NCBI GenBank assembly: GCA_963668025.2
Contig: CAXXTH010000017.1
Span: 416,001 to 480,000, forward strand
Direction of reading: 5' to 3'
Source of the DNA: Candidatus Hydrogenedentota bacterium
GTDB taxonomy: Bacteria; Hydrogenedentota; Hydrogenedentia; Hydrogenedentales; SLHB01
DNA length: 64,000 bases
The notes under the pieces are model-generated. The model had not been told where the DNA came from and made no database searches. It saw nothing but the letters and a program-made list of their open reading frames with translations. A program made the translations under genes and the position numbers. How positions within the stretch are numbered: the first letter of the stretch is position 1; the number at the start of each line of letters is the position of its first letter. Shown here in pieces: positions 9,445-19,911 of the stretch.

Positions 9445-9889
9445 CGCGTGGTCTCCATGGATTGCGCTATGGACCGTTAGGAATCCGTAACAATCGTTTC
9501 CCGCTTCAATTCATTCGGCGCGCCTCGCCCCAATAGGCAAGACGCAGGCATTTTGGCGAATGTGCGCGTCCCACGGCAAGAAAAAGCGGCCTGCGCGCAA
9601 GTTGCACACCCTCAATATCCTACGAATTATGGAAGCGCTCTGTCAAACCTGTCTGAAAAACTAAAAATTTCGGATAAGAATGCCCCTATGCGGAAAAGGC
9701 GGGGCGCGCGCATGGTGATGAAGGCAACAGTGTTCCAGCATATTTTTTCGCAACATAGCCCCCTTCACTATTCTTTATCTGCCTATCAAAAGAGGAAAGC
9801 CATTGGCGCGCATCTTTCCGTTGGTGTAGAATCATACGGGCATGGGGATATGCGCCTCGCAGCATATGACAGAAGGAGATAGGCGTTGA

Positions 9890-11314
9890 ATGGCGCTCAA
9901 GCAGCATAAAACAGCCGTCTTTTTCGCGGAAGCAGCGCTGGACGCCATGTGCATACTGGCCGCTGGATGGCTCGCGGCGCGGATGGCTTTTCCAGAAGGG
10001 AAAGAAGCCTTTAGCGCGTATTTTAATGAGCGGCTGGGCTATATCATCGTATTCGTCGTGGCATGGTGGGTGGCTGCGGGCGATCAGCGCCTTTTCACTT
10101 CCCGCCGTGGTGAGTCCATTCGGGCGCAGTTGTACCATGTGGCCAAAGCAGCGGCGATTGCATTGATTTTCTCTGGCTTCCTGGTTGTTTTCTTCACCCA
10201 GCGCCGTATCGAACCGCGTTTTATGCTGGGTTTCGGCGCATGCGCGCTCGTGGGGCTGGCGCTATGCCGCGCGGGAGTGCGGGTGTTTCTCTGGGTTATC
10301 CGGCGCAAGGGGTACAATTTTCGACAGATTTTATTCATTGGTGCGAATGAACGGGCGAATAAGCTGCTCGTGCAAATGGTCGGCGAAGGCGAGCATGGCT
10401 ACCAGCTTGCGGGCGTATTGGATGATGATCCGACGCGCATGCATTTTTTTGAGCCTCACGAAGTGCCGTATCTCGGGACGCTTAATGAACTCGAGGTCGT
10501 CCTGACCAACCATGTCATTGACGAGGTGTATATCTGCCTGCCCATCCGCACCTATTACGAGCGGATGAGCAGCATCGCATATTTATGTGAAAGTTCTGGG
10601 ACGCCTATCCGGCTGATTACCGATTTATTTCCCCCGCGTTTTGCCGTGCGCCGCATCCGGCAATATGGCGATATCCCTATTTTATCCATGTCGGCCGTGC
10701 CGGAAGCGAAGCTCGAGCTTCTGCTCAAGCGCTCCATCGATCTGCTGGTTTCCTCCGCGTTCATGCTCCTGGTGGCGTGGTGGCTGTTTCCCATTGTGGC
10801 CCTGTGCATCAAGCTCGAATCAAAAGGGCCGGTGTTTTTCCGGCAAGAGCGCGTAGGGCTCAATCATCGCCGCTTCAAGATGATCAAATTCCGGTCGATG
10901 GTGGCCAATGCGGAAGAACTCAAGCGGAAGCTCGAGGAGCAAAACGAGGCGGTTGGGCCCATATTCAAGATGCGGCGGGATCCGCGCATGACCCGTATCG
11001 GGCGGATTATCCGAAAGTTCAGCATTGATGAACTGCCCCAGTTTATCAACGTGTTCGTGGGCCATATGAGCCTGGTGGGCCCCCGTCCGCCGCTTCCGCG
11101 TGAAGTAGAGCTGTATACTTGGGAGCAGCGCCGCCGCTTGAGCGTGCGCCCAGGCATCACGGGGCTTCAGCAAGTCAGCGGCCGCAGCGACCTCACGTTC
11201 GAGCAATGGGTGGAACTCGACCTCCAGTACATTGACAACTGGCGGTTTATGGACGATATCCGCATCCTGATCCGCACGTTTGAAGTGGTGGTGCTGGCGC
11301 GCGGCGCGGCATGA
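9890..11314 (+). CDS. Polyprenyl-phosphate glycosyl-1-phosphate transferase (WcaJ/WbaP family)
   Basis: N-terminal TM helices, KFRSM, RKFSIDELPQFINV, MSLVGPRP, PGITGLQQVSGR, DLQYI. Confidence 0.93.
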   Translation: MALKQHKTAVFFAEAALDAMCILAAGWLAARMAFPEGKEAFSAYFNERLGYIIVFVVAWWVAAGDQRLFTSRRGESIRAQLYHVAKAAAIALIFSGFLVVFFTQRRIEPRFMLGFGACALVGLALCRAGVRVFLWVIRRKGYNFRQILFIGANERANKLLVQMVGEGEHGYQLAGVLDDDPTRMHFFEPHEVPYLGTLNELEVVLTNHVIDEVYICLPIRTYYERMSSIAYLCESSGTPIRLITDLFPPRFAVRRIRQYGDIPILSMSAVPEAKLELLLKRSIDLLVSSAFMLLVAWWLFPIVALCIKLESKGPVFFRQERVGLNHRRFKMIKFRSMVANAEELKRKLEEQNEAVGPIFKMRRDPRMTRIGRIIRKFSIDELPQFINVFVGHMSLVGPRPPLPREVELYTWEQRRRLSVRPGITGLQQVSGRSDLTFEQWVELDLQYIDNWRFMDDIRILIRTFEVVVLARGAA

Positions 11315-11617
11315 CGCAGCCAAACTGCTTTTTCGCCACCGGGACACGGGGGAGCGCATGCCGCATCTTTAGGCATCCAGAGCGCTATTCAAATACCCAG
11401 ATTGTTTTCCAAGGCGCATAACCGCTTTTTCGGATGAATTCTCAGGATGTTGTGTTTACAAGAGCGGTTCAAGATTGTACATAGCGAGATGGCCCTAAGA
11501 TCCAGGTCTTTTATGAATATGGTGGCATAGGCGTATCGGCCATGCCACGGGAGAGGAAAAACCATTCAAGGCAAAAAAGGATTCTTGATACGAGATAGAC
11601 GAAAGCCAGAGCGGTTT

Positions 11618-13426
11618 TTATTGCGATTGCCCCGATATCCCCGGCGTTTCGCTTTCATTCCGGCAGATGCGAAATCCCAGCATGCTGGATGCGGCGTTCG
11701 GGTTTGCATGGCCTCGGGCGCTGGCGCTGCAAAACGCCGCAGGGCTGGCCCACGAGCCGCCGCGCATGACGCGCTCCATCCCCGAGGCGGGGCCTTGAGG
11801 ATTTTCCCGCGGCCCGATGGCGTAATAGGTGGGGGCATACCAGTCCGCGCACCATTCCGCCACGTTGCCTTGCATGTCATACACCCCCCAGTCATTGGCT
11901 TCTTTCGTGCCGCAAGGCTGGGCGCACGACAATGGCGGCTTGGCCGCGCTGGCATGCCAGGCGTATGTGTCCAGCGCTGCTTCGGATGGCTCCCGCGAAC
12001 TAGCCCGGCAGGCGTATTCCCATTCGGCTTCCGTGGGCAGCCGGAATTCGCCGCCCGCCAGAGACTGGAGTTTGGCGGCATAGGCCTGGGCGTTGTGCCA
12101 GCTTATATACACCGCAGGGGCATTGCTGTCGATATTCACCTCCCGGCCCTTCGCCCAAGGGCGCGCACTCATGACGGCTTCCCATTGCGTTTGCGTCACT
12201 TCGGTGGCGCTTAACCAGAAACCCCGGGTGATGGCGGCTATATGGGCGGGGGCGGCGTCGCTCTGTTGTATTCCATCTTTACCCATGACAAACACGCCTG
12301 CCGGAATATGCACGAAACGCATGGAGCCGCCGCCCGGCAAGGTGAGCTCCGCCATGCCGCGCTCTTCTTTCCAGGCGAGCATGGGGGCAAATTGGGCCGG
12401 TGTACGGGCATTCCGGGCAGTTTCGATGGATTGCGCCTGGCGTTCGCGGGCAATCATGCCTCCCAAATAATAGATTGCCATTCCCGCCATCGCGACGACC
12501 GCCAAAGCCGCCACCCAAGATGCGGCGCCTGTTCTGGGGCGTGAACGGGAAGGCGCCGCGGCCACTGGCTGCGGCGAAGGCGCCGATTCAATGCATTGCT
12601 CCAGGGCCGTACGGAACTCCCGCATGCTGGGGAATCGCGTTTCCAGCGGCGCAACCGCCCCCGAAAGGACATGCTGGCAGGAGGGGCTGAGGGTTTGAAA
12701 AGCTTCGGAGCTTTCCACCGGCGGCTTAAGGCGTTTGCCTGCCAGCAATTCGCCAAAGATGACGCCGAGGGCGTATACATCGGCCCGCCCATCCACATAG
12801 GCTCCTTCTTCGCCTTGCTCGGGGGCGGTGTAATACGCTTTGCCCCGGGCCTTGTCTGGCGGAGCATCCGCATTCAATAATCGGGCGATGCCAAAATCTA
12901 GCAGCTTGACCCCATCACCAACCACCATGATGTTTTCGGGAGAAATATCTTGGTGTACTAAGAGGGTATGCGCCTGTTCAAGCGCGAGGCACAATGGTTG
13001 CAGCAAGCGTACGGCGGCGCGCAACGAGAAAAGGCCCTGTTCATTCATGAGCGCCCGAAGTGTTTTCCCTTCCAGAAGCTCCATGGTGTAGAACAAGAGG
13101 CGTCCTTCGCGGCGCACATCATACACCGCCACCATACTCGGATGGCGCAACCGGCGCGCCAGGGTGGCTTCTTGTAGAAAGCGGTCGATCACGCCGGGCC
13201 GTTCCAGGCGGGAGGGCCGGATAGTCTTGAGGGCCAGGCGCTGCTTCGTCACCCGGTCGAACACTTCATACACCACGCCCATGCCGCCTTTGCCGATCAC
13301 ATGGAGCACTTCGAATTGCCCCGTGATCACCTCGCCGGGCGCGAAGACAATAGGGGCCTCCGGCAAGCGTGCGCCTGCCGCCGCATTGTCGGGCGGATGA
13401 TTCCACTGCTGCTCATTTCCGGCCAT
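11618..13426 (-). CDS. Ser/Thr protein kinase - TM - FGE-sulfatase (SUMF1) domain protein
   Basis: GKGGMGVVY, ALK, HQDISPEN, DFG and APE in the kinase. RLPTEAEWEYACRA, DMQGNVAEWC, RGGSW and GFRI in the FGE domain. Confidence 0.92.
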   Translation of the reverse strand: MAGNEQQWNHPPDNAAAGARLPEAPIVFAPGEVITGQFEVLHVIGKGGMGVVYEVFDRVTKQRLALKTIRPSRLERPGVIDRFLQEATLARRLRHPSMVAVYDVRREGRLLFYTMELLEGKTLRALMNEQGLFSLRAAVRLLQPLCLALEQAHTLLVHQDISPENIMVVGDGVKLLDFGIARLLNADAPPDKARGKAYYTAPEQGEEGAYVDGRADVYALGVIFGELLAGKRLKPPVESSEAFQTLSPSCQHVLSGAVAPLETRFPSMREFRTALEQCIESAPSPQPVAAAPSRSRPRTGAASWVAALAVVAMAGMAIYYLGGMIARERQAQSIETARNARTPAQFAPMLAWKEERGMAELTLPGGGSMRFVHIPAGVFVMGKDGIQQSDAAPAHIAAITRGFWLSATEVTQTQWEAVMSARPWAKGREVNIDSNAPAVYISWHNAQAYAAKLQSLAGGEFRLPTEAEWEYACRASSREPSEAALDTYAWHASAAKPPLSCAQPCGTKEANDWGVYDMQGNVAEWCADWYAPTYYAIGPRENPQGPASGMERVMRGGSWASPAAFCSASARGHANPNAASSMLGFRICRNESETPGISGQSQ

Positions 13427-13495
13427 GGCGGACTCCCTGTGTGCGTTATCATACAGGAGAAGCCTGTTCGGACGCAGCTTGAAGCACCGAATTGA

Positions 13496-14776
13496 TTATT
13501 TCGCCGCATCCCCGGCCATGGGCACATCGAGCGGGCCGAAGCATGGAATTAGCATGTCGCGCTCGTCGGTGACATTCATCACCGGATTCAACCCGCCTCC
13601 ACAAATCAGCTTCACCGGCGATGTGATGGGCGTGGGCACGTGAAGGATCAGCCCCGCGGGATCCTGCGGATCGAGATCCACCCGGTAAACCACCCATGGA
13701 ATGGGCGTTGATGGTGCGCCAAGAATTTCAAACTGCTTGGGTTCACCCGCCGCTTTGAGCCGCCCGCTTACCCCACTGAAGTGCAGCTTGATAATCCCCT
13801 GGCCCCGCTCTTTTACATCCTCATATTTGATGGATTCCAGATCGATGGGCTGGCCGTGGTCCGGTTTTTGATATACACACGTCAGCGCGACTTCGGCCAG
13901 GCGCTGCCCTAGATGCCGCTGCCCTTCTGCTGAAAGGTGGACGTGGTCCGTCATTGGCAGGTCCGCCGCGGACACCATATATACATGCTGCCGCAACCTT
14001 GGGATCTGGCGCTGTATTTCACGGATTTTCTCCCAGTTCGCCGCATCCTGATTGTCTGGCGTGATCATTCGCGCGGCCTGGACCGAAATAATGGGCAGGT
14101 CCGGCACGCCGGTATCACGCCGCAAGCAATCCACCAGGTGCAGCATGCTTTCTTGATACGTTTCGGAGGCCCCTTGTTGGAACCAGAGCACTCCCTTGAT
14201 CTTCCCGACGCCACCGATGGTGCGGATGCGGTTGATCATCGCGCCGTAATGCGAGTTGCCGCCTTTATCTACAAGATCGGGATTCCATTCGTCGATAGTG
14301 GTGCCGCCTTGGGCGCAGGGGATCAAGGCGATAGGCCGCCCCGTCTCCTTGAGCACCGCGCGGGCAAAGCTCAAGCCGGGGCCTACTCCGCCAATCGGGT
14401 GGGCAAGGCTGGCTTCACGCAACGAATTCAACCTTTGCTCCAGCGCGGTCTTTTCTTCGGGTGTTTGGGCCGCTGACATTAAATGCTGGTGATAGACAGG
14501 CGCTTTGGTCAGAAATAACCAATGAATAGGTTCCTGCGCGATCTTCCATTCGTCCATCATGCTGAACATCATCAACCGGGGATCTTCGTTCTCCGGCTCA
14601 GTAGCCAGTTCGACTCCCCCTATATTGGAATGGCCAGCCAAGATCCATAGGTCGGCATCAATGGGACAAGGGTTGATATGCCCGTCATCTTCATTGGGCG
14701 ATGCGTACAAAGGGGTCATGCACCCAAGTGCCAAAATGGCGATTACCAGCAGATGTAAACAGCGGATTTTCTTCAT
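13496..14776 (-). CDS. Secreted sialate O-acetylesterase (SASA/SGNH) family esterase
   Basis: Signal peptide, LWILAGHSN, PCAQGGT, and DHVH (DxxH) motifs. Confidence 0.8.
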   Translation of the reverse strand: MKKIRCLHLLVIAILALGCMTPLYASPNEDDGHINPCPIDADLWILAGHSNIGGVELATEPENEDPRLMMFSMMDEWKIAQEPIHWLFLTKAPVYHQHLMSAAQTPEEKTALEQRLNSLREASLAHPIGGVGPGLSFARAVLKETGRPIALIPCAQGGTTIDEWNPDLVDKGGNSHYGAMINRIRTIGGVGKIKGVLWFQQGASETYQESMLHLVDCLRRDTGVPDLPIISVQAARMITPDNQDAANWEKIREIQRQIPRLRQHVYMVSAADLPMTDHVHLSAEGQRHLGQRLAEVALTCVYQKPDHGQPIDLESIKYEDVKERGQGIIKLHFSGVSGRLKAAGEPKQFEILGAPSTPIPWVVYRVDLDPQDPAGLILHVPTPITSPVKLICGGGLNPVMNVTDERDMLIPCFGPLDVPMAGDAAK

Positions 14777-15210
14777 TGATTCACTCCCATTCCTTAATCG
14801 ATTGCCTCTGTTCACAACCTGCACATCCTGGCATATGATTCGTGTCGATTCAGGCGGCATTTCAGATCCTGGCATACGGTTGACAGTGCAGCAACACTAT
14901 ATAAACTCATATTTGAAGTCAATGCCGTTTTGGTTTACACGGGATTCCATGGGTTATCGGGGCAAGCGCTAACGGTGTTGTTAACGCCATCTAGTTTTAT
15001 TTTTCCTTAACATAGGCATGTTGTAATGTCCGGGGTGCGCCATATGCGCACACAGTGGACGCTTCATATATAATATGCCGTTCCGTCCAATAGCTAGCGA
15101 AACAATGAGGAGGCGCATGGTTGGAATTCTGGAAACAAGCGGAAAGGTCAATTTCACGGCGGGCTCGTTTTTTGACATCCCACACCTCGGACCGGGGCGT
15201 TCAAGCGCCC

Positions 15211-15801
15211 ATGAAGCTGCTCACGGCAAGCTTGCTGGGAGGCAGCATCGCCTCCATTTTCTTTTTCGATTGGCCCATTGCGGCGTTTTTTCATGAACGC
15301 TATTACACGTGGCTTGTGCATCTCATCGACTTATGGCAAATATGGGGCGAATCCCAGTGGTATATTGGCGGCGGATTGCTGGCGTATGTGCTGTTTTGGC
15401 GAAACCGCCCGAATGCCGCATGGAATGGCTTATACCTGTGCGCTGCCGTGGCGTCGACGGGCGTGGCCGTGAATGGATTAAAGCTCCTATTCGCCCGCGC
15501 GCGGCCCGATTTTCCGCTGTATGAAGGCATCCATGGTTTTTGTAACTACAGCCACATGTTCCTGGTGAAATCTTTTTCGTTTCCCTCGGGCCATACCGTG
15601 ACGGCGTTCACGGCGGCCACGGCGCTGGGATATATGCTGCCGCGGCTTCGCGTGCTATGGTATATGTGCGCCTTTTTAGTGGCCTTTTCCCGGGTGATGA
15701 CCACGGTGCATTTTTTAAGCGATGTATTGGCGGGGGCATGGCTCGGCATCGCGGGCGCGGTATTCATATCCAGGTTGATGTACAAGGAGCCGCTGCGATG
15801 A
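15211..15801 (+). CDS. PAP2-family membrane phosphatase (LpxE/LpxF-like)
   Basis: KLLFARARP, SFPSGH and SRVMTTVHFLSDV motifs. The start is uncertain. Confidence 0.88.
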   Translation: MKLLTASLLGGSIASIFFFDWPIAAFFHERYYTWLVHLIDLWQIWGESQWYIGGGLLAYVLFWRNRPNAAWNGLYLCAAVASTGVAVNGLKLLFARARPDFPLYEGIHGFCNYSHMFLVKSFSFPSGHTVTAFTAATALGYMLPRLRVLWYMCAFLVAFSRVMTTVHFLSDVLAGAWLGIAGAVFISRLMYKEPLR

Positions 15802-17390
15802 TGGATGACGGGCGCTCGGAGGCGCGCCAACAGGCCATTCTGGCCGTGCTGGTGGCGTTTGCCGTGATTGGCGGGCTGGGCGGCATGCCGCTGTTCGACC
15901 GCGACGAAGGCGCATTTTCGGAAGCAACGCGCGAGATGGTTTCGAGCGGCAACTATCTCATGACGTATTTGAACGGCGAGCCGCGCTACGATAAGCCCAT
16001 TCTGATTTATTGGTTCCAGGCCGTATCGATGCATATTTTTGGCGTGAATGCATTCGCCGTGCGATTTCCATCCGCCGTGGCCGCCGCATTGTGGGCGCTG
16101 ATTACATACCGCTTCACGAAGCGCCATTTCGGCGCGCCGAGCGCGTTTCCCGCCGCCTTCATGCTCGTGGCGGCCATACAAATCAACCTGATCGCCAAGG
16201 CCGCCATCGCCGACGCCCTGCTCAATCTCTTGCTGGCGGCCACGATGTTCCAGGCGTACGCCTATTATGAATCCGCACGCAAGCGCGACCTCCACCTTGC
16301 CGCCGTAATGATGGCCCTCGGCATGCTCACCAAGGGGCCGGTAGCGGTATTGATTCCCTTGGGTGCGTCCTTCATTTTTTGCTGGTCCAACAAGGAGCTG
16401 AAACGCTGGCTGCACGCCGTGTTCAATCCCGCCGCCATTGCGATTTTCTTGATCATCTCCGCGCCTTGGTATATCTATGCCATCGCCACCCAAGGGTCCG
16501 CCTATCTCGACCAATTCTGGCTGAAACACAACGTGAAGCGGTTTACTACGCCCCTCGAGGGCCATGGTGGGAGCCTGCTCTATTATTGCTTCGTAGTGCC
16601 CATTGGCCTGCTTCCCTACACCGCGCTGTTGTTCAAGGCGCTGCGGCGGACAAAGATATACTGGGGAGCGCCTGAAACGCGTTTCTTGCTGGCATGGTTC
16701 TTCTTCGTATTCGTGTTCTTCAGCCTCTCGGGCACGAAACTGCACCATTACGTCATTTATGGCTATACGCCGATGCTGATCCTCATGGCGCTCGAACTGC
16801 CGCGCGTGCGCCATCCCTTCTTGCTGGCCTTACCCGCGCTGCTGCTCATGGGAGTGTTGCTTTTACTACCGGGCACGCTGCCTTGGGTGGCGGGCCGCGT
16901 GAACGACGCCTTCGCCGCCCAAGTCGTGTCGGAAGCGGGCCCCTACTTTGATGCGCGCTACATGGCGGGCATGACCATCGCCTTTATCGCGCTGCTGGGG
17001 ATTGCATTCGCGCCCCGCATTCCCATCGCCGCACGGCTCGTAGGGATGGGCATTATCGTCCTTTTAGCGCTCAATTGCTGCGTAGGGCCGGTCGTGAGCG
17101 CGCTCCAGCAAGGGCCCGTGGTGGAAGCGGCGGCCATCGCGAAGGCGCATGATTATGACGTGGTGCTCTGGGAAGCCGATAATCCCAGCTTCGCTTTCTA
17201 CCAGGAAAAAGCATCCATGGTCCGCGCCCCAAAAGATGGCGACATTGTGTTCACGAAGAAGATTTGCCTCGAACGGCTGGAAGAATACGAGACCCTATTC
17301 GAGCGGCACGGCCTGGCCCTCGTGCGGGTCATCCATGCGGGCGAGGGAGCCGCTCAAACAGTCGAGGGCATGCCGCGAAACATGAAATAG
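15798..17390 (+). CDS. ArnT-like GT-C glycosyltransferase
   Basis: FDRDEGAFSEATREM, RYDKPIL, LTKGPV, TKLHHY and many TM helices. ATGA overlap with the PAP2 stop codon. Confidence 0.9.
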   Translation: MMDDGRSEARQQAILAVLVAFAVIGGLGGMPLFDRDEGAFSEATREMVSSGNYLMTYLNGEPRYDKPILIYWFQAVSMHIFGVNAFAVRFPSAVAAALWALITYRFTKRHFGAPSAFPAAFMLVAAIQINLIAKAAIADALLNLLLAATMFQAYAYYESARKRDLHLAAVMMALGMLTKGPVAVLIPLGASFIFCWSNKELKRWLHAVFNPAAIAIFLIISAPWYIYAIATQGSAYLDQFWLKHNVKRFTTPLEGHGGSLLYYCFVVPIGLLPYTALLFKALRRTKIYWGAPETRFLLAWFFFVFVFFSLSGTKLHHYVIYGYTPMLILMALELPRVRHPFLLALPALLLMGVLLLLPGTLPWVAGRVNDAFAAQVVSEAGPYFDARYMAGMTIAFIALLGIAFAPRIPIAARLVGMGIIVLLALNCCVGPVVSALQQGPVVEAAAIAKAHDYDVVLWEADNPSFAFYQEKASMVRAPKDGDIVFTKKICLERLEEYETLFERHGLALVRVIHAGEGAAQTVEGMPRNMK

Positions 17391-17707
17391 GCGGCCCCGG
17401 CTAGGCAGCATCCCGCCCAGAGATAATCCAGTTTCAACGGTTCGCGCATATACACCACCGCGAACACCGCGAACACGCACATGGTGATGACTTCCTGCAT
17501 CACCTTCAACTGGCCTAGCGAATAAAACTCGTGGCCAATGCGGTTGGCGGGCACTTGCAGGCAGTACTCGAAAAAAGCTACGCCCCAGCTCACCATCACG
17601 GCGACGAAAATGGCCTTCCCACGCATATCGCGCAGATGGCCATACCAGGCATAAGTCATGAAACAATTGGAGCCAATCAACAACAGAATCGTAGAATACT
17701 TATTCAT
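17354..17707 (-). CDS. DMT-family small membrane protein (DUF486-like)
   Basis: SNCFMTYAWYGHL, SWGVAFFEYCLQVPANRIG and QLKVMQEVIT. The ORF track fuses it to the upstream gene. Confidence 0.88.
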   Translation of the reverse strand: MNKYSTILLLIGSNCFMTYAWYGHLRDMRGKAIFVAVMVSWGVAFFEYCLQVPANRIGHEFYSLGQLKVMQEVITMCVFAVFAVVYMREPLKLDYLWAGCCLAGAAYFMFRGMPSTV

Positions 17708-17861
17708 CCTCTTGCCTTCATCATGGGGAAAACCGGCAGGTTTCCATTGCATCGCCATGCACAGAGCACGGCGAAACCAGCGGCGCATTGTACTGGATGA
17801 AAGGCAAAATCCCCAAACACGCAAGACGGTAAATCCAAGCGATGGAGAAGCCGGCGCCTCT

Positions 17862-18796
17862 TCAGTTTTGTGGTTGGGCGGGTTGTGTTTTTGGCAATCG
17901 GTCTTGCTTTTCTTTTCAAAATCCGCCCGAATGCGGGCGATTTTGGCCAATAGCTCCGGCGCAGGCTCGATGGTGCGCAGGAGATTCGGATAGTATCCCT
18001 CCCAATCCTTATATCCGGATTGTTTCGCTTTTTCGAGGCGCTGCTCGTACGGGAGATCCGTCATCATCAAGTCGAAGATCATCAGGAAAGGCTCGGAGAA
18101 CTGTGTGAGTCCCGAATCGCCCTTGGTCACACTGATATAGTAATGTCTGGATTTGAGATCCCTCACTTCACTCTCATATTTACCACGTATGTCTTGAAGC
18201 AATTCTTCGTTCGTGGGCTTGGGTGGGGGCGGCCAGTCGCCTAAGCCCCAGGAAATCGCCTCGCCATCCGCGGATACGATATCGAAACAGCCCTCATGGA
18301 AATACGCTGGATTATATCGCACTTTCCAGTCCGCATCTTCCCGCTGGCTGGCTTTCTCGAGATCGGCCACCAATCGACGGGTGGCCTCTTCTTTGGGAAA
18401 ATGCTGGATATAATACATTTCCTTGGCATTCCAAAACGCATGCGCCGCTTCACATTTGGTTTCGGGTTTGTAAAAGGTAATGGGATTGCCTCCATTCGGT
18501 GGTTCACTAGGATTTTCTTCGATGAGCTCCGGATCCGGAATCGGCCAGTATTCCCAAGGAGTCGAGATCGGCTGGCCGTTCAAATACAGGTTCAAACCGC
18601 GCCGTTCCACGATATACGGTTCCGGCGCATAGGCACCGTTCATGATGAGAATCGCCCCATCGCGGATCTCGGTCTTTTCCTGCCCAAACTCCTGGATGAG
18701 CCGTTGCTCGACTTCCAGATTGACTTCTACTGCGCAGGCGGGGTATGCGAGGAGGGCAGCCATTGCGGCAAGAATTGAAGCGAAGTGCATACGCAT
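17862..18796 (-). CDS. Secreted hypothetical protein, paralog A (probable 1-nt frameshift near the 3' end)
   Basis: RBS GGGAG and a signal peptide. Closely matches 18864-19820. An alternative frame ends in TGA at 17864-17862. Confidence 0.7.
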
Positions 18797-18863
18797 GGCG
18801 ATGGTTCTCCCTTCCTGCCATATAACTATCATGACCGGGCACAACGAATGGCTCAAAGGCGAA

Positions 18864-19820
18864 TTACTTCATCAACTGCTCGAATTTCTGTAGTTTCTCT
18901 TGTAAAGCGGGCCGGTCACGTAGAAGCCCTCTTCGGTTGCTTTCGATTTTATTCACGAGCTCCGGCGTGGGCTCGAGCGTTTCGGTAAGTAAACGCTGAT
19001 ACGCTTCCCATTGCTTAAAATTGAACTGCCGGGCTTTTTCGAGGCGCTGTTCATAAGACAGGCTCGACATCATGAGGTCAAGCACGATCATCAGGCCTTC
19101 GTTATAACTCGCCTGTAATGCGCTACCCTTGCTTGTTCCAATGATGAACATGCTTTTCCTGCGCAAATTATCAACGTTGGATTTATACCCCACGCGAACG
19201 TTCGCTAGCAATTCCTCGTTGGTGGGTTTTGGCGGGGGCGGCCAGTCGCACAAGCTCCATCCGATAGCCATTCCCGCTGGCGAAATGATTTCAATGAATC
19301 CGTCTTTCATCCCCCCTGGAGTGGAGCGCACTTTCCAGTCCGCATCTTCTCGCTGGCTGGCCTTTTCGAGGTCGGCCGCCAGGCGTTGCGCGGCCTCCTC
19401 CTTGGAGTAATGCTGGACGTAGTACATTTCCTTGGCGTCCCAAAAGGCGTGGGCGGGCTCATAGATCTCTTTTGTCTCGTAAAAGTCGATGGGATTGCCT
19501 CCGTTGGGCGGTTCGCCAGGATCAATCTCCACGAGTTCCGGCTCCGGAATGGGCCAACACTCCCACGGTGTGTTGTGGGGGATTTCATTTTGATACAGGT
19601 TCAAACCGCGCCGCTCGACGATATACGGCTCCAGCACATACTTGCCATCGACAATGAGAACTGCTCCGTCATTGATCTCTGTCTTTTCCTGCCCAAACTC
19701 CTCGATGAGCCGTTGCTCGACTTCCAGGTTGATTGCTGTTTGGGCATAGACGGTAAAAGACATGCACGCGAGAAATCCAAAGGCTATCCAACGGCTTGAA
19801 GCAAGAGGATTTCGTATCAT
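18864..19820 (-). CDS. Secreted hypothetical protein, paralog B
   Basis: RBS AAGGGAG and a signal peptide. Shares NLEVEQRLI.EFGQEKTEI, EPYIVERRGLNLY, ADLEKASQREDADWKVR and DWPPPPKPTNEELL with paralog A. Confidence 0.8.
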   Translation of the reverse strand: MIRNPLASSRWIAFGFLACMSFTVYAQTAINLEVEQRLIEEFGQEKTEINDGAVLIVDGKYVLEPYIVERRGLNLYQNEIPHNTPWECWPIPEPELVEIDPGEPPNGGNPIDFYETKEIYEPAHAFWDAKEMYYVQHYSKEEAAQRLAADLEKASQREDADWKVRSTPGGMKDGFIEIISPAGMAIGWSLCDWPPPPKPTNEELLANVRVGYKSNVDNLRRKSMFIIGTSKGSALQASYNEGLMIVLDLMMSSLSYEQRLEKARQFNFKQWEAYQRLLTETLEPTPELVNKIESNRRGLLRDRPALQEKLQKFEQLMK

Positions 19821-19911
19821 GAGAAAACTCCCTTCCAGCCATATGTTCGTCGTGCTGCATTCAACACGGCGTATATGCCCAAAGACGCCTCGCATCTCTC
19901 ATCGCATTCGT

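Noticed and set aside
17354-18856. A single 500-aa ORF as a genuine fusion
   Set aside because: The junction is unprotein-like. A 1-nt frameshift restores a paralog-length gene plus an intact DMT gene.
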